Assembly (NCBI GenBank): GCA_001784175.1
Contig: MFPR01000017.1
Coordinates: 93,024 to 157,023 of the forward strand
Source of the DNA: Candidatus Lindowbacteria bacterium RIFCSPLOWO2_12_FULL_62_27
GTDB taxonomy: Bacteria; Lindowbacteria; 2-12-FULL-62-27
Reading direction: 5' to 3'
Length of the DNA: 64,000 nt
The number at the start of each line of letters is the position of its first letter. Position 1 is the stretch's first letter. Positions 1-10,251 of the stretch are shown here, in pieces. The notes under the pieces are model-generated. The model was not told where the DNA came from, ran no database searches, and worked only from the letters and a program-made list of their open reading frames with translations. Both the position numbers and the translations under genes were made by a program.

Positions 1-1
1 C

Positions 2-1213
2 GACGCCAAGGACGCCGCGCGGCTCCAGTCCCTCCAGCAGGAGGCGGCCAAACTCATGCCCAAACTCCAGGAGCTGGCGAAAAACCCGGCGTTTCAGGAA
101 CTCAAAAAAGCCCTCGCCACATCGGCGGCCGACCTGCCCAAACAATTCGAGCAGGCGGCGAACGCCATGCGGTCTTCCGCCTCCGAGTCCAACCAGGAGG
201 CTGCGGCGAAAGCGGCGGAGGAAAAACTCAAGAACGCGCTCGCCCAGCTTCAATCCGCCCTTGAAAAAGGCCGCCAGCAGTCGGAATCGTCCGAAAAACA
301 GAACGCGGCCGAAAAAATAACCACCCTCGTCGACGTCCTCGTCTTCTCGCTCGGACAGATGCAGGACTATCACGACTATTTCCGTTCATCCCGCGTCCAG
401 CGCCAGGCCGACGAATATTCGCGGCTGCTCCAGAAGGCCGCCGCCATCGAGCCGATCCTCCGGCAGGCCGTCAACGACGTCGCGGCCACCGCCGAACAGC
501 TCATTCTCTTCGACCCCCGGCCCATGCAGACCCTCCAGCGGGCCGCCGCGTCGATCCGGTCGATCATGGACCAGGATGAAGACCCGGGCGCGATCGCGGC
601 CAAACTCAAGTTGGCCTACCGATACACCGCCACCGCCGCGCTCCAGCTCCTCGAAATCACGCGTGACCTGCAGAAACAGAAAGGCGGATCCAAAGGCGCG
701 CCCATGCAGGACCTCGCGGATCTTTTGCAGCAGCTCATCTCCGCGCAGTCCGGGCTCAATTCCCAAACCCAGATGAGCATGCAGCTCGGAATGTTCGGCC
801 AGAGCCTCGAACAGCTCGCCTTTCAGCAGGAGCTGATCCGGCGCAGCATGGAGGCCGAGGCCGGCCGGTTTTCGGACCTGCAGGACAAGCTCGGCCGGAT
901 CGACCAGCTCCTGCAGGAAATGCGGAAGACCGAGGAGGAACTGCGCAAGCTCGGCCCGACGCCGGACGTCCAGGAGCGGCAGCAGAAAATTCTCAACAAG
1001 CTCATGGAGCTTCAGCATTCCCTCACAGAAAAGGAGGAGAAGGAGGAGAAGTTCGAAGCCGAGCCGTTCTTCGGCCGGCCCTCCGACACGTCGGCCCTGC
1101 GGCTCGACCGGCCGAAGATCAACGAGAAGGAATTCCTCCGCGGCCTGCCGCCGCAATACCAGGAGGCGGGCAAAAAATACCTCCGCACCCTCCTCGGGGC
1201 CGAGCCGCAATGA
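2..1213 (+). CDS. Long coiled-coil protein, C-terminal part (DUF4175-like); 5' end lies outside the window
   Basis: Frame is open from base 2; Q/E/A-rich helical heptads; ends with the 'LPPQYQEAGKKYLRTL'-type tail typical of DUF4175-like proteins. Confidence 0.6.
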   Translation, partial: DAKDAARLQSLQQEAAKLMPKLQELAKNPAFQELKKALATSAADLPKQFEQAANAMRSSASESNQEAAAKAAEEKLKNALAQLQSALEKGRQQSESSEKQNAAEKITTLVDVLVFSLGQMQDYHDYFRSSRVQRQADEYSRLLQKAAAIEPILRQAVNDVAATAEQLILFDPRPMQTLQRAAASIRSIMDQDEDPGAIAAKLKLAYRYTATAALQLLEITRDLQKQKGGSKGAPMQDLADLLQQLISAQSGLNSQTQMSMQLGMFGQSLEQLAFQQELIRRSMEAEAGRFSDLQDKLGRIDQLLQEMRKTEEELRKLGPTPDVQERQQKILNKLMELQHSLTEKEEKEEKFEAEPFFGRPSDTSALRLDRPKINEKEFLRGLPPQYQEAGKKYLRTLLGAEPQ

Positions 1214-3054
1214 TTCTGCCGCGCCTCGTCCTCGTGTCGGTCGCCTCGCTGATTCTGTCCGCCTCCGCGTCCGCCGCCGAGCGCGACCCCCAGATGTACT
1301 TGAAAGATGCCGGCCGGTTACTGCGCGCGTCCGATACGCCGTCGGCCCTGCTGAATCTCCGGCAGTGCATCCTCGATCCCCTGTCGAAGGACTGGATGAT
1401 CGACGAAGCGGTCAAAATGTTCGCCGCAAATTTTCGCGCGGCATCCGACAGTTCCGCCGCCCGCGGCATTTTTTCGCTCGCCCTCCGGTCCCCCCGCGCC
1501 GTGACGGTGGTGCCGTCCGTGCTGTCGATCCTCGTCGACTACGGGGGTCTTACCAGTGAGGAGAAGCTGTCTCTCCTGACCGGCGTTCAGCCGGGCGGCA
1601 AGGCGACGGAGGAGGTGCTGGCCGTCCAGATCCAGCTTTTGCGGCGCCTCGGCCGGCTTGACCCCGCGCTGGAGCTTTCCGCGAAGCTCGTGCAAAGTTC
1701 CAGCCGATTGGAGCACCGGGCCCTCATGCTCGATCTCCTGCTCGATCTTTCGCGCACGGTGGATGCCGTCGCATTGGCCAACGCGATCCTCAACGACCAC
1801 GCCGCCGACCCGGCCGCGTTTTCGCTCTTGTCCGAACGCTTCTACCGGCACGGCGATTACCGCAACACGCTGGACATTCATCGGCGCGCGCGCGGCGCGT
1901 TTTCCAACCCGATGCTGTTTTTCGACCAGTCGCTTTCGATCTGCCAGGGCCTTCAACTCGGCCGGGAGGGCGTCGAGCTTTACCTGCCGGTGCTGCTGGA
2001 CGCGTCGGGCCCGGCACCGGAGTATTACAGGGATTTTCTGTCGATGGTAACGGACACCTCGTTTTTCACGCGCGTCTATCCCTCCTGGATCGCGGCCGGG
2101 AGCAATCCGAATCTGTATCTGGCGGCGCTCTCGCGGTTCGCGGACCTCGCGCCGGAGAACGACTGCCTCGAGTTTGCGCGCGTCTATCGGAACCGGTTTC
2201 ACGACGCGTCGGCGCACCTCGCGCTGGCGGAACAACTCCTGGAGCGCGACCGCCGGCCGGCGTTCCTCAACACGCTCGCCGACCTGCCCGATACGCCGGT
2301 GGGCGTGACGGAATCGAAAAAACTTTTGTTGTTTAAAAACGCCCTTCGCGCCGAGGGGCCCGACCGGGCCCTCGAGCAGTATCCGCCGCAGTCGTTCACG
2401 TCTCCCGCCATCCGAGCGGGGGTTCATCGGCTGGTGTCGCCGATTTTTTTCCGGCAGGCGCGCCTGACCAACGCGATTTTCTCCCTCAAAATGGCGCAGA
2501 CGCTTGCCCCGGAGGCCCAGGATGATCTGGGGCTCGCACAGATGTATTTTTTCGCAGGCGCCGATTCGGAGGCGCTCGAGGCCGCCTACCGCGCGCACCG
2601 GCTGACGCCGCTGGAGGAAACCCTCTACTGGCTCGGCTGGCTCTCCTTTTTGCGCGGCGACACGGAAACGGCCCGCAAGGCCTTTCGCGACGTCATCCTG
2701 CGGTCGGAAAATTTCCTCGCGGACGAATCCCTGAGCTGGCTGATCGCGATGGGCCGGCCGGCCGACGCGGATCCCGACGAAGTCGGCCGGGCCGCGCGAC
2801 AGGCCGCGCGTGAAGGGACAGAGGCGTCGGAGCCGGTGAAAAAATTCCCCCTGGCCGCGCGCCTAGCCATCCGCCGCGAGGCCCTGCGGGCGGGTCTTCG
2901 GCCGAAGTCGCTGGCCGATGACGAGTCCCCGTTTTTGCGGTTCCTGCTCTGGGAGTCGATGCCGCCTGCCGGCCGGACCGCCGCGCAATATCAGAAACTG
3001 TTGCGCGATGCGCCGGAATTCCTGCGCCCGATGATCCGCGTCGATGAGCCTTGA
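1210..3054 (+). CDS. Secreted TPR-repeat protein
   Basis: Signal peptide (MILPRLVLVSVASLILSASASA); TPR-like helices (ETLYWLGWLSFLRGDTETARKAF); ATGA overlap with the upstream gene. Confidence 0.7.
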   Translation: MILPRLVLVSVASLILSASASAAERDPQMYLKDAGRLLRASDTPSALLNLRQCILDPLSKDWMIDEAVKMFAANFRAASDSSAARGIFSLALRSPRAVTVVPSVLSILVDYGGLTSEEKLSLLTGVQPGGKATEEVLAVQIQLLRRLGRLDPALELSAKLVQSSSRLEHRALMLDLLLDLSRTVDAVALANAILNDHAADPAAFSLLSERFYRHGDYRNTLDIHRRARGAFSNPMLFFDQSLSICQGLQLGREGVELYLPVLLDASGPAPEYYRDFLSMVTDTSFFTRVYPSWIAAGSNPNLYLAALSRFADLAPENDCLEFARVYRNRFHDASAHLALAEQLLERDRRPAFLNTLADLPDTPVGVTESKKLLLFKNALRAEGPDRALEQYPPQSFTSPAIRAGVHRLVSPIFFRQARLTNAIFSLKMAQTLAPEAQDDLGLAQMYFFAGADSEALEAAYRAHRLTPLEETLYWLGWLSFLRGDTETARKAFRDVILRSENFLADESLSWLIAMGRPADADPDEVGRAARQAAREGTEASEPVKKFPLAARLAIRREALRAGLRPKSLADDESPFLRFLLWESMPPAGRTAAQYQKLLRDAPEFLRPMIRVDEP

Positions 3055-4321
3055 GATGAGGAAGGCGCTGCCTGCCGCTCTCGCACTATGCCTTCTCTTG
3101 CCCCCCTCCTTCTCCGCCGCCGAACTGCTCATCCCGATGGACGCCGCACAGTCGGACCATCTGCGCGCGTACGGCCTCGTCTATGACTATCTCAAATCTT
3201 CAGGCAGCCGCGCCGGCAAGTCCTGGTGGCTTCTGAACATTCGCGGCGGCGCCTTCCTCCTGCCGGACGACGCCGCGGTGTCCGAACGCGCCGTCGACTG
3301 GGGCGTGACGGTGGAGGTCGCCACGCAGGCCGATATCGCGCAGATGGAACTTCAGGTCGAACGGTCCAACGCCGCCAAAATTCTGCTGGAAAAGGCGCCG
3401 AGGATCGGCGTCTACGCGCCGCCCTTCCAGGAAATGTGGGACGACGCCGTCATGCTGGTCCTCAATTACGCCAAGATCCCGTACGAGACGTTCTACGACA
3501 AGGAAGTCCTCGAAGGCCGGCTGGGCCGGTACGACTGGGTTCACATGCACCACGACGATTTCACAGGACAGTTCGGGAAATTCTACCGGTCCTACAAATC
3601 CTTCCCATGGTACATCCGCATGGTCGACGTCCAGACAAAAATCGCGCGCGACCTCGGATTCGCGACCGTCCCCAAACTCAAGGCCGAGGTGGCGCGGCGG
3701 ATCGCCGCCTACGTCGAAAACGGCGGCTTCCTCTTCGCCATGTGCGCCGCCATCGACAGCTTCGATATTGCGCTTGCCGCGCAGGGAATCGACATCGTGC
3801 CGGAACTCCTGGACGGCTCGCCCACCACGCCCGATCTCCAGAACAAGCTCGATTTTTCAAAGACGATGGCCTTTAAAAATTTCACCGTCAGCCTTGAGCC
3901 GAACGAGTACGAGTTTTCCGACATCGACATCTCCATCTACGAAAACTCGCCCGACCGCGAAGCCTTCGCGCTCTTTCCCTTTTCGGCCAAGTATGACCCC
4001 GTGCCCACGATGCTGACGCAGAGCCACGAGAGCCTCGTCGCCGGGTTTTTCGGCCAGACCACCTCCTTCAAGCGCCCGACGGTCAAACCCCACGTCATCC
4101 TCATGGCCACCGTCGTCGCGTCCGATCGCGCCAAATATATCTATGGAAGTTACGGCAAGGGTCTCTTCTCGTTCCTCGGCGGGCACGACCCCGAGGATTT
4201 CTCGCACATCGTCGGCGAGGCGCCGACCGACGTCTCGCTCTACAAGCATTCCCCGGGGTACCGGCTGATCTTGAACAACATCCTTTTTCCGGCGGCGAAA
4301 AAGCAGGAACGGAAGACCTGA
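3044..4321 (+). CDS. Conserved secreted protein with class-I glutamine-amidotransferase-like fold (family often labelled 'asparagine synthetase B')
   Basis: Signal peptide; motifs LIPMD..Q.DHLRAYG, WDDAV.LVL.YA.IPY, HHDDFTGQFGKFY, GGFLFAMC, GGHDPED, SPGYRLILNNILFPAAK. Confidence 0.7.
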   Translation: MSLEMRKALPAALALCLLLPPSFSAAELLIPMDAAQSDHLRAYGLVYDYLKSSGSRAGKSWWLLNIRGGAFLLPDDAAVSERAVDWGVTVEVATQADIAQMELQVERSNAAKILLEKAPRIGVYAPPFQEMWDDAVMLVLNYAKIPYETFYDKEVLEGRLGRYDWVHMHHDDFTGQFGKFYRSYKSFPWYIRMVDVQTKIARDLGFATVPKLKAEVARRIAAYVENGGFLFAMCAAIDSFDIALAAQGIDIVPELLDGSPTTPDLQNKLDFSKTMAFKNFTVSLEPNEYEFSDIDISIYENSPDREAFALFPFSAKYDPVPTMLTQSHESLVAGFFGQTTSFKRPTVKPHVILMATVVASDRAKYIYGSYGKGLFSFLGGHDPEDFSHIVGEAPTDVSLYKHSPGYRLILNNILFPAAKKQERKT

Positions 4322-4329
4322 GGGCGGCG

Positions 4330-5244
4330 ATGACACCTCAGGCGACGATGTGGCTGATCTTCAATACGGCGGTCCCCGCCATCCTCCTCTTTGACGTGCT
4401 GGTCCTTCAGAAGGAGTCGAAACCGCCGGCGCTCAAGGAGTCGGCCGGCTGGGTGATCTTCTGGGTCGCGCTGGCGATGCTGTTCAACCTCTGCGTCTAC
4501 TCGCTCCTGGGCCGGCAGAAGGCGATGGAGTTTCTGACGGCCTACCTGATTGAGGAGTCATTGAGCCTCGACAACATGTTTGTCTTCATCATGATTTTCG
4601 AATATTTCGCCGTGCCCCAGGCGCACCGCCGGCGAATCCTCCACTGGGGGATCCTGATGGCGATCGTCCTGCGGCTCTTCTTCATCTTCGCCGGGGTGGC
4701 GCTGCTCGAGAAGTTCCACTGGATGATCTACGTGTTCGGCGCCGTCCTCGTTCTCACCGGCGTCCGCATGGCGGTCGAGCAGGAGCAGAAGATCGAGCCG
4801 GAAAAAAATATCCTGCTGCGCCTCTTCAAAAAGGTGATCCCGTTCGTGGATCGGCACGACGGCCCGGAGTTTTTTGCGCGCACGGGGGACAGGCTTGCCG
4901 CCACGCCGTATTTCGCCACCCTGCTCGTCATCGCCTTCAGCGACCTGGTCTTCGCCATCGATTCGATCCCGGCCGTGCTGGCGATCAGCGGCGATTTCTT
5001 CATCGTGGCGACCTCCAACGTCTTCGCGGTCCTCGGCCTGCGCGCGCTGTTTTTCCTGATCGCGGGCCTCGTGGGGATGTTCCGGTACTTGAGATTCGGG
5101 ATTGCCTTCATCCTGGTCTTCGTCGGCGTCAAAATGATGATCGCGGGATTTTACAAAATCTCCATCGGCGCCTCCCTGGGCGTCGTCGCGGGCATCCTCC
5201 TGCTCTCGATCATCGCGTCGGTCATCGCCGGATGGAAGAAATGA
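4330..5244 (+). CDS. TerC/Alx family membrane protein
   Basis: YLIEESLSLDNMFVF, DLVFAIDSIPAVLAI and SNVFAVLGLRALFF signatures. Confidence 0.92.
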   Translation: MTPQATMWLIFNTAVPAILLFDVLVLQKESKPPALKESAGWVIFWVALAMLFNLCVYSLLGRQKAMEFLTAYLIEESLSLDNMFVFIMIFEYFAVPQAHRRRILHWGILMAIVLRLFFIFAGVALLEKFHWMIYVFGAVLVLTGVRMAVEQEQKIEPEKNILLRLFKKVIPFVDRHDGPEFFARTGDRLAATPYFATLLVIAFSDLVFAIDSIPAVLAISGDFFIVATSNVFAVLGLRALFFLIAGLVGMFRYLRFGIAFILVFVGVKMMIAGFYKISIGASLGVVAGILLLSIIASVIAGWKK

Positions 5245-5245
5245 T

Positions 5246-6628
5246 CTAAAGCGGTTCGATTCTCTCCCGCGCCAGATTCAACAGCGCCTCCGGATTTTTC
5301 GCGTGCTCCGGAAAAATCGCCACGCCCACGCCGAACTCCGGTTTCGGCAGGCCCGCCGGCGCGCATCGGAAGAGATCCTCGATCTTCGTACGCACCCGCC
5401 GTCGAACCGACTGCGCGCCGTCCTGGCCGCTCTGAAGCAGAATGACGAACATCGACTGGTGCGGCCAGTAGTCGATCCGGTCGTCCTTCCACAAAACGCC
5501 GCTGCCGATCTCGTCCCGGAGGCGCGTCGTCACCTGCTCGAAGTCCTCCGGCGGCCATGCGTCGCGGACCGTGTCCGCGTTGAGGACGGCGAGGGCCATG
5601 AGGGACACGGGCGATCCTTGCGGCGCCGCCCGTGACACCGCCTCGTCGATCAGGGTCCGAACCTGGACCTGATTGTCGAATTCGGGCAGCACGAAATGGA
5701 ATCCGGCGCCCTTCCCCGGCCGGCTCTCGGCCCAGATTCTTCCCTGATGGAGTTCCACGATCTCCTTGCAGATCGTCAGGCCCAGCCCGCTGCCCCGGTG
5801 GCCCCGCGACTCCGACGGATGGTGGACCTGCATGAATTTCTGGAAGAGCCGTTTGAGGTTCCCCGCGTCGATGCCCGGCCCGTCATCCGTCACGGTGATC
5901 TGGACGCCGATCAGTTCCGGCAGGAGCGTCGCCTGCTCCACGCGGCGCACTTTCTGCTCGTCGGCGTGCCGCGCCTGAACGGTGATCCGGCCCCGCGCGA
6001 ATTTCATCGCGTTGGACAGGAGGTTCGTCACGACCCGGCGGATCATCTCCGGATCGGCGTGGGCCTTCGGCAGGTCCGGCGGAACGTCGCGCAGGATCTC
6101 GACGCCCAAACTTCCGGCCTCGATCTCGAAATCCTTCACCACCTGCTCGATCAGGTCCGGCACATGGAGCGGCCCGCGGCTCATCCGCGTCCGGCCCGAT
6201 TCCAGGCGGGAGAGGTCGAGCAAGTCGTCGATCATGTGGCAGAGCCGCTCGACGTGGCGGCTGGTCAGATCGAGGTAGGCCATCTGTTCCGGCGTGAATT
6301 CCCCGGCCACGCCGTCCCGCAAATTGTCCATTGCGCCCTTGATGACCGTCAGGGGCGTGCGAAGCTCGTGGGAGGCGGTGTTGAGGAAATTGTCCTTCAT
6401 CCGTTCCTGCCGTCGCCGCTCGTTGATCTCCGCCTGAAGTTCGCCCAGCATCTTCCGGGAAATCGATTCGCTTGCCCTGAGGTTCCGCTGGAGCCGATCG
6501 AGTTCCGACATGAGCCGCTCCCGCTCGAGGCCTGCGGCTTTGAGCATATGGCGAAACCGCCCGGCCTCCGGATCCGCCGGCATGCGATCCCGCACATTCG
6601 TCAAACGATCATCCAAAGTTGTCTTCAT
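5246..6628 (-). CDS. Cytoplasmic histidine kinase (coiled coil-HisKA-HATPase) with degenerate GGDEF-like C-terminal domain
   Basis: H-box SHELRTPLT, N-box NLLSNAMKF, G1 DDGPGI, G2 GSGLGLTI; C-terminal 'GVGVAIFPEHA..PEALL' resembles the GGDEF fold but lacks the GGDEF motif. Confidence 0.85.
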   Translation of the reverse strand: MKTTLDDRLTNVRDRMPADPEAGRFRHMLKAAGLERERLMSELDRLQRNLRASESISRKMLGELQAEINERRRQERMKDNFLNTASHELRTPLTVIKGAMDNLRDGVAGEFTPEQMAYLDLTSRHVERLCHMIDDLLDLSRLESGRTRMSRGPLHVPDLIEQVVKDFEIEAGSLGVEILRDVPPDLPKAHADPEMIRRVVTNLLSNAMKFARGRITVQARHADEQKVRRVEQATLLPELIGVQITVTDDGPGIDAGNLKRLFQKFMQVHHPSESRGHRGSGLGLTICKEIVELHQGRIWAESRPGKGAGFHFVLPEFDNQVQVRTLIDEAVSRAAPQGSPVSLMALAVLNADTVRDAWPPEDFEQVTTRLRDEIGSGVLWKDDRIDYWPHQSMFVILLQSGQDGAQSVRRRVRTKIEDLFRCAPAGLPKPEFGVGVAIFPEHAKNPEALLNLARERIEPL

Positions 6629-6761
6629 CCCACATTCCCACCTTCGGCTTCATCCATCCCCTCAGCCGAAGCCGGCCGGCTCTCACCCCGACCGAACCGC
6701 GCGAGAATTTAGCTGTTTTTTCCCCCGGATGCAATCTTTTTTTTCAAATTCTCAGAAGTTC

Positions 6762-7958
6762 TCAGTCCTGCGCAATCGCCGCCTCCAAAATCTCCTGCCG
6801 CTTCCCGTGATCGCCCGTCAGGATCAGGCCGACCCAGTCGCCGTACAGGTTGACGCCCAGCGAACACTGGTACGCGATGTTGGAATAATATTTTTTCACA
6901 AGCTGTTTCGTGGAGGTCCTGTACCGGATCCTGTTGAACCGCCCGATCTGCATGCAGATCTTGTCGCACGTGGGCCGGAGGACGACCTTTTCGTTTTTCA
7001 TCACCTTCGCATACGCCGCCCAGATGTCGATGCCGGCGGCGTGGTTCATCATGTCGAGATGCACAAACCCCGGCGGCCGGGCGTTGATCTCGACGCAGTA
7101 GTAGTCCTCGCCGATCCTGAAGTACTCGATGTGGAAGAATCGCTTCCTCAGGCCGAAGCCCTTCACCGTGTTGAAGCCGATCTCCCTGAGTTTGGCAGGG
7201 ATCTCGGCCCGCTTCAGATTGTAGTAGTAAATGGTTTTGCCGGTGGTGGCGATCTCGAGGTCGCCGTCGTTGTAGACGTGCGCCGTGTAAAAAACGATGT
7301 CCCCCCACGGGTCGGTCAGGCCGTCGAACGACATGAACTGCCGGTGTTCGTCCTGAATGAATTTCTCCATGAAGTACGTCGTTCCCGGCTTCTTTTTCCT
7401 CCAAAACTGCTGGATGTCGGCCTCCGTCCTCAGCCGGTAGGTGTGCGCCGACCCGAGGCCCCGGTCGGGCTTCGCGATGATGTCGCCGCCGACCTCTTGC
7501 TTGAATGCCAGCATGTGGGCCACGTCCTGAATGATCTCCCCGCGGGCCGTCTGGGCGCCCGCGGCCTGAAACACCGGCTTCATTTTGGATTTTCGGATGA
7601 GCCTCTCAAGCTCGTCCGGCTTCAGGCCCTCGACGTCAAAATCCTGCCGGAGACGCGCATCGAGCGGCAGCCACCATTCATTGAACGATTCGACGGCCTG
7701 CGGCTTGCCATACTCTTTCGCCAGTCTCTCCACCTTCCGGCGGATGGGCAGATACTTCGACTCGATGACCCCGCCGTTCGGATCGTAGCAGTCCAGTTCC
7801 TGGCGGAGGTAACTGCGGAGCGATGACTTGAGATCCGCGTTCAGGCGCGCGTATGCCGCGTCGCCCATTCCGAGGACTTGAAAGCCGGCCGCCTTCAGCC
7901 GGGTCGCGAAATAATAGACGCGCGGGGGATAAGACGGGGACAGAATCAGGAAATTCAG
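6762..7958 (-). CDS. ATP-grasp domain protein (carbamoyl-phosphate-synthase-large-subunit-like small family)
   Basis: IIAKPDRGLGS, MEKFI, FFHIEYF and EINARPPG motifs. The family-like N-terminus (LNFLILSPSYP...VLGMGD) extends 30 codons upstream of the ATG at 7868 to a CTG at 7958; start uncertain. Confidence 0.8.
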   Translation of the reverse strand: MNFLILSPSYPPRVYYFATRLKAAGFQVLGMGDAAYARLNADLKSSLRSYLRQELDCYDPNGGVIESKYLPIRRKVERLAKEYGKPQAVESFNEWWLPLDARLRQDFDVEGLKPDELERLIRKSKMKPVFQAAGAQTARGEIIQDVAHMLAFKQEVGGDIIAKPDRGLGSAHTYRLRTEADIQQFWRKKKPGTTYFMEKFIQDEHRQFMSFDGLTDPWGDIVFYTAHVYNDGDLEIATTGKTIYYYNLKRAEIPAKLREIGFNTVKGFGLRKRFFHIEYFRIGEDYYCVEINARPPGFVHLDMMNHAAGIDIWAAYAKVMKNEKVVLRPTCDKICMQIGRFNRIRYRTSTKQLVKKYYSNIAYQCSLGVNLYGDWVGLILTGDHGKRQEILEAAIAQD

Positions 7959-7988
7959 AGGGAATGGGAACGGGTCTTGATTTGACTT

Positions 7989-10112
7989 CTAATACTGCTC
8001 AAGCTGATCTCCGCCGGTGGGTCCGGCGATCGCACGGGCTTTTTCCACGGGTTCGGCGATGCGGACTCTGTTCTCCCTCTCTGCAGTTCGCCCCGTATAC
8101 CGGGCGCTGCGGTGCATGGAGGCAATATGGGCGCGATTCAGAATGCGGCCCAATCCCACGAGACTGTCTCCGAACTGATCGATATACGCCATGATCGTTT
8201 TTTTCTGCTTTTCCGTGTGGTACACCTCGACTTCGATGCCTCGGGGGTCATGGTAATCAAAAGGCAGCGAGGCGAAATTGCCGTCCAGCAATTTCACAAA
8301 ATCGAAATGGAACTCGCCCCGGCTCAGGCCGTTCATGTCGAACAGTCCCTCCTTCCGCATCAGGCTGAACCGTTGCAACTCGTTCACATATTGTTCCGTC
8401 CGCTCATCCAACAGGCCCTTCTCCCTCAATAACTCACGGGCGGCGGCATAGGCGACCTCATGAAGCTCGGCCATGTGATAAAACACGGCAATGGCCCGGT
8501 ACTTGTAGATTTCATTGATGCCATATTCTCCCTTGATATATTTTTCAACAACGCCGGGCTCCAAAGTAAAAGCTCTGAGTTCATCTCCGCTTTCCCGCAA
8601 ATTGCTCTCCTCCTCCGGCGCAAAGTCCTTGTAGAATTTGGAAAGAATCTTGTTTTGATGCACCAGATCCAGAATTTTGAAGATAAAGTCGGACCGCAAA
8701 ATTCCCTGCTTGGACAAGAATTGCACGATGTCGAAGAAAATACCGTTGTTGTTGAACATCTCGACGGTCAGGCTCATTTCGCGGCAATCCCGGTAATCCT
8801 GGTAGGTCATGGTGCTGTTCGCGACGCAGATTTCCTCGATTTCGGCCGAAGGAAATCTTTCGCCCCTGAACTCGTAATATCCAAAGTTCATGGGTTTGAC
8901 CCGGAATCTTGTGATGTACTTGTACTTTCCCCGCGCCGCCTGGTCCGCCGCCTCCGTTCCCGCCAATAACTGGAATTGGTAGCTTCGAATCAAGGTAAAG
9001 CCGGTGTCGAGCACATCCTTGACGGATTTGAGATAGGCTCGCTTGCTGTCTCCGGGAAGACACAAAATAATTTCCGACACGCTGGCCGCGCCGTCCGTCT
9101 CCGCCGTTCTGGCCACCTCCAACAGCGCCTCCATGGGAAGATTGGTGCGCTTGATGGCTTTCAGCACTTCGGGATCCGTGCTCTGCACGGCGCCGCCGGG
9201 GTCGACCGACCCGCGGAGAATCCTGGAAATCTCCAATACGCGCTTTTTGTCGTTCTTGGAAGTGGCAATGATCACGAATTTGGGCCAGCCGACTTCCTCC
9301 TGCTTGGCCGCCAGATATTGGGCGGTCCGGATATCCTGCTCGTTGATCCCGAAGTTCAGGTCCGCAATGTACACGTCCGGCGCTCTGGCTCTCGCCGCGA
9401 TGTAATCGATTTCCCTTTTCACGCGCTCATCGGAAACCCGGCGAATTTTATTGAAATACGACGCGCCGTCATGACAAAACGTGCATTGATAGGGACAACC
9501 CCTCGACGTTTGAAAAATGGACATCAAATGCTCGTCGAAAAATTTGTCCATCAGGCCGGCTTCGAACACGGAGGGAACGCTTTCCAAGTCTTCGATCCGG
9601 GGCAGGATGGGACCCTTCACGTATTCGCCGTCTTTCGTCAAATAGGCGGTATTGGGAATCTTGATGCGATCCCGCTTGATCTTGTCGACGTTGAATTCAT
9701 TATCTTTGAGAATATTGTACAGCTCAACAAACGCCACCTCGCCCTCGCCTTCCACGCAAAAATCGGCCGCGTACCATTTTTTCAGAAAAGTTTTCTGTAC
9801 CGGCGGGTCATTCGGCCAGTTCGGCCCGCCAAACACCACGATCGTCTCGGGCGCGACGGCCTTTAAACGGCGGGCATATTCGTGGGAAAGGTGATTGTTC
9901 CAGGCAAACAGGGAAAAGCCGGCGATTCGGGGCGTGGTGTGACTGAGATACTGGTTGTAATCCTCCGGGTACTTGAAGAGCTGGAACTCCACTTCATCCC
10001 CCAGCGCCTTTTTGGCATAGGACGCCACCATGGCGATGCCGAGGGGAATGACATTGGCGGACACCAACTGCCCGGTATGAGTCAGATCGGCAAAACTGAT
10101 CTTGGTTGCCAT
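7989..10112 (-). CDS. Cobalamin-binding radical SAM protein (class B-like)
   Basis: N-terminal B12-binding domain (PLGIAMVASY, VFGGPN, GEGE); SRGCPYQCTFC CxxxCxxC motif; AGGAG RBS before the ATG at 10112. Confidence 0.9.
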   Translation of the reverse strand: MATKISFADLTHTGQLVSANVIPLGIAMVASYAKKALGDEVEFQLFKYPEDYNQYLSHTTPRIAGFSLFAWNNHLSHEYARRLKAVAPETIVVFGGPNWPNDPPVQKTFLKKWYAADFCVEGEGEVAFVELYNILKDNEFNVDKIKRDRIKIPNTAYLTKDGEYVKGPILPRIEDLESVPSVFEAGLMDKFFDEHLMSIFQTSRGCPYQCTFCHDGASYFNKIRRVSDERVKREIDYIAARARAPDVYIADLNFGINEQDIRTAQYLAAKQEEVGWPKFVIIATSKNDKKRVLEISRILRGSVDPGGAVQSTDPEVLKAIKRTNLPMEALLEVARTAETDGAASVSEIILCLPGDSKRAYLKSVKDVLDTGFTLIRSYQFQLLAGTEAADQAARGKYKYITRFRVKPMNFGYYEFRGERFPSAEIEEICVANSTMTYQDYRDCREMSLTVEMFNNNGIFFDIVQFLSKQGILRSDFIFKILDLVHQNKILSKFYKDFAPEEESNLRESGDELRAFTLEPGVVEKYIKGEYGINEIYKYRAIAVFYHMAELHEVAYAAARELLREKGLLDERTEQYVNELQRFSLMRKEGLFDMNGLSRGEFHFDFVKLLDGNFASLPFDYHDPRGIEVEVYHTEKQKKTIMAYIDQFGDSLVGLGRILNRAHIASMHRSARYTGRTAERENRVRIAEPVEKARAIAGPTGGDQLEQY

Positions 10113-10251
10113 GCGCAAACTCCTGATGACCTCCCCGTCACTCGACATTGAATGTCATAATGATATGGCGTGCGCCCTGGTTTGTCAAGGACGGCAGCCC
10201 ATTTTCGGCCCTGCTCGACTCGCCCGTTGGGATAAGGTAAGAGAGGAGGCC

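Noticed and set aside
7989-7991. Pyrrolysine recoding of the TAG
   Set aside because: No pyl genes or supporting context in the window, and TAG is used as an ordinary stop in many other genes here
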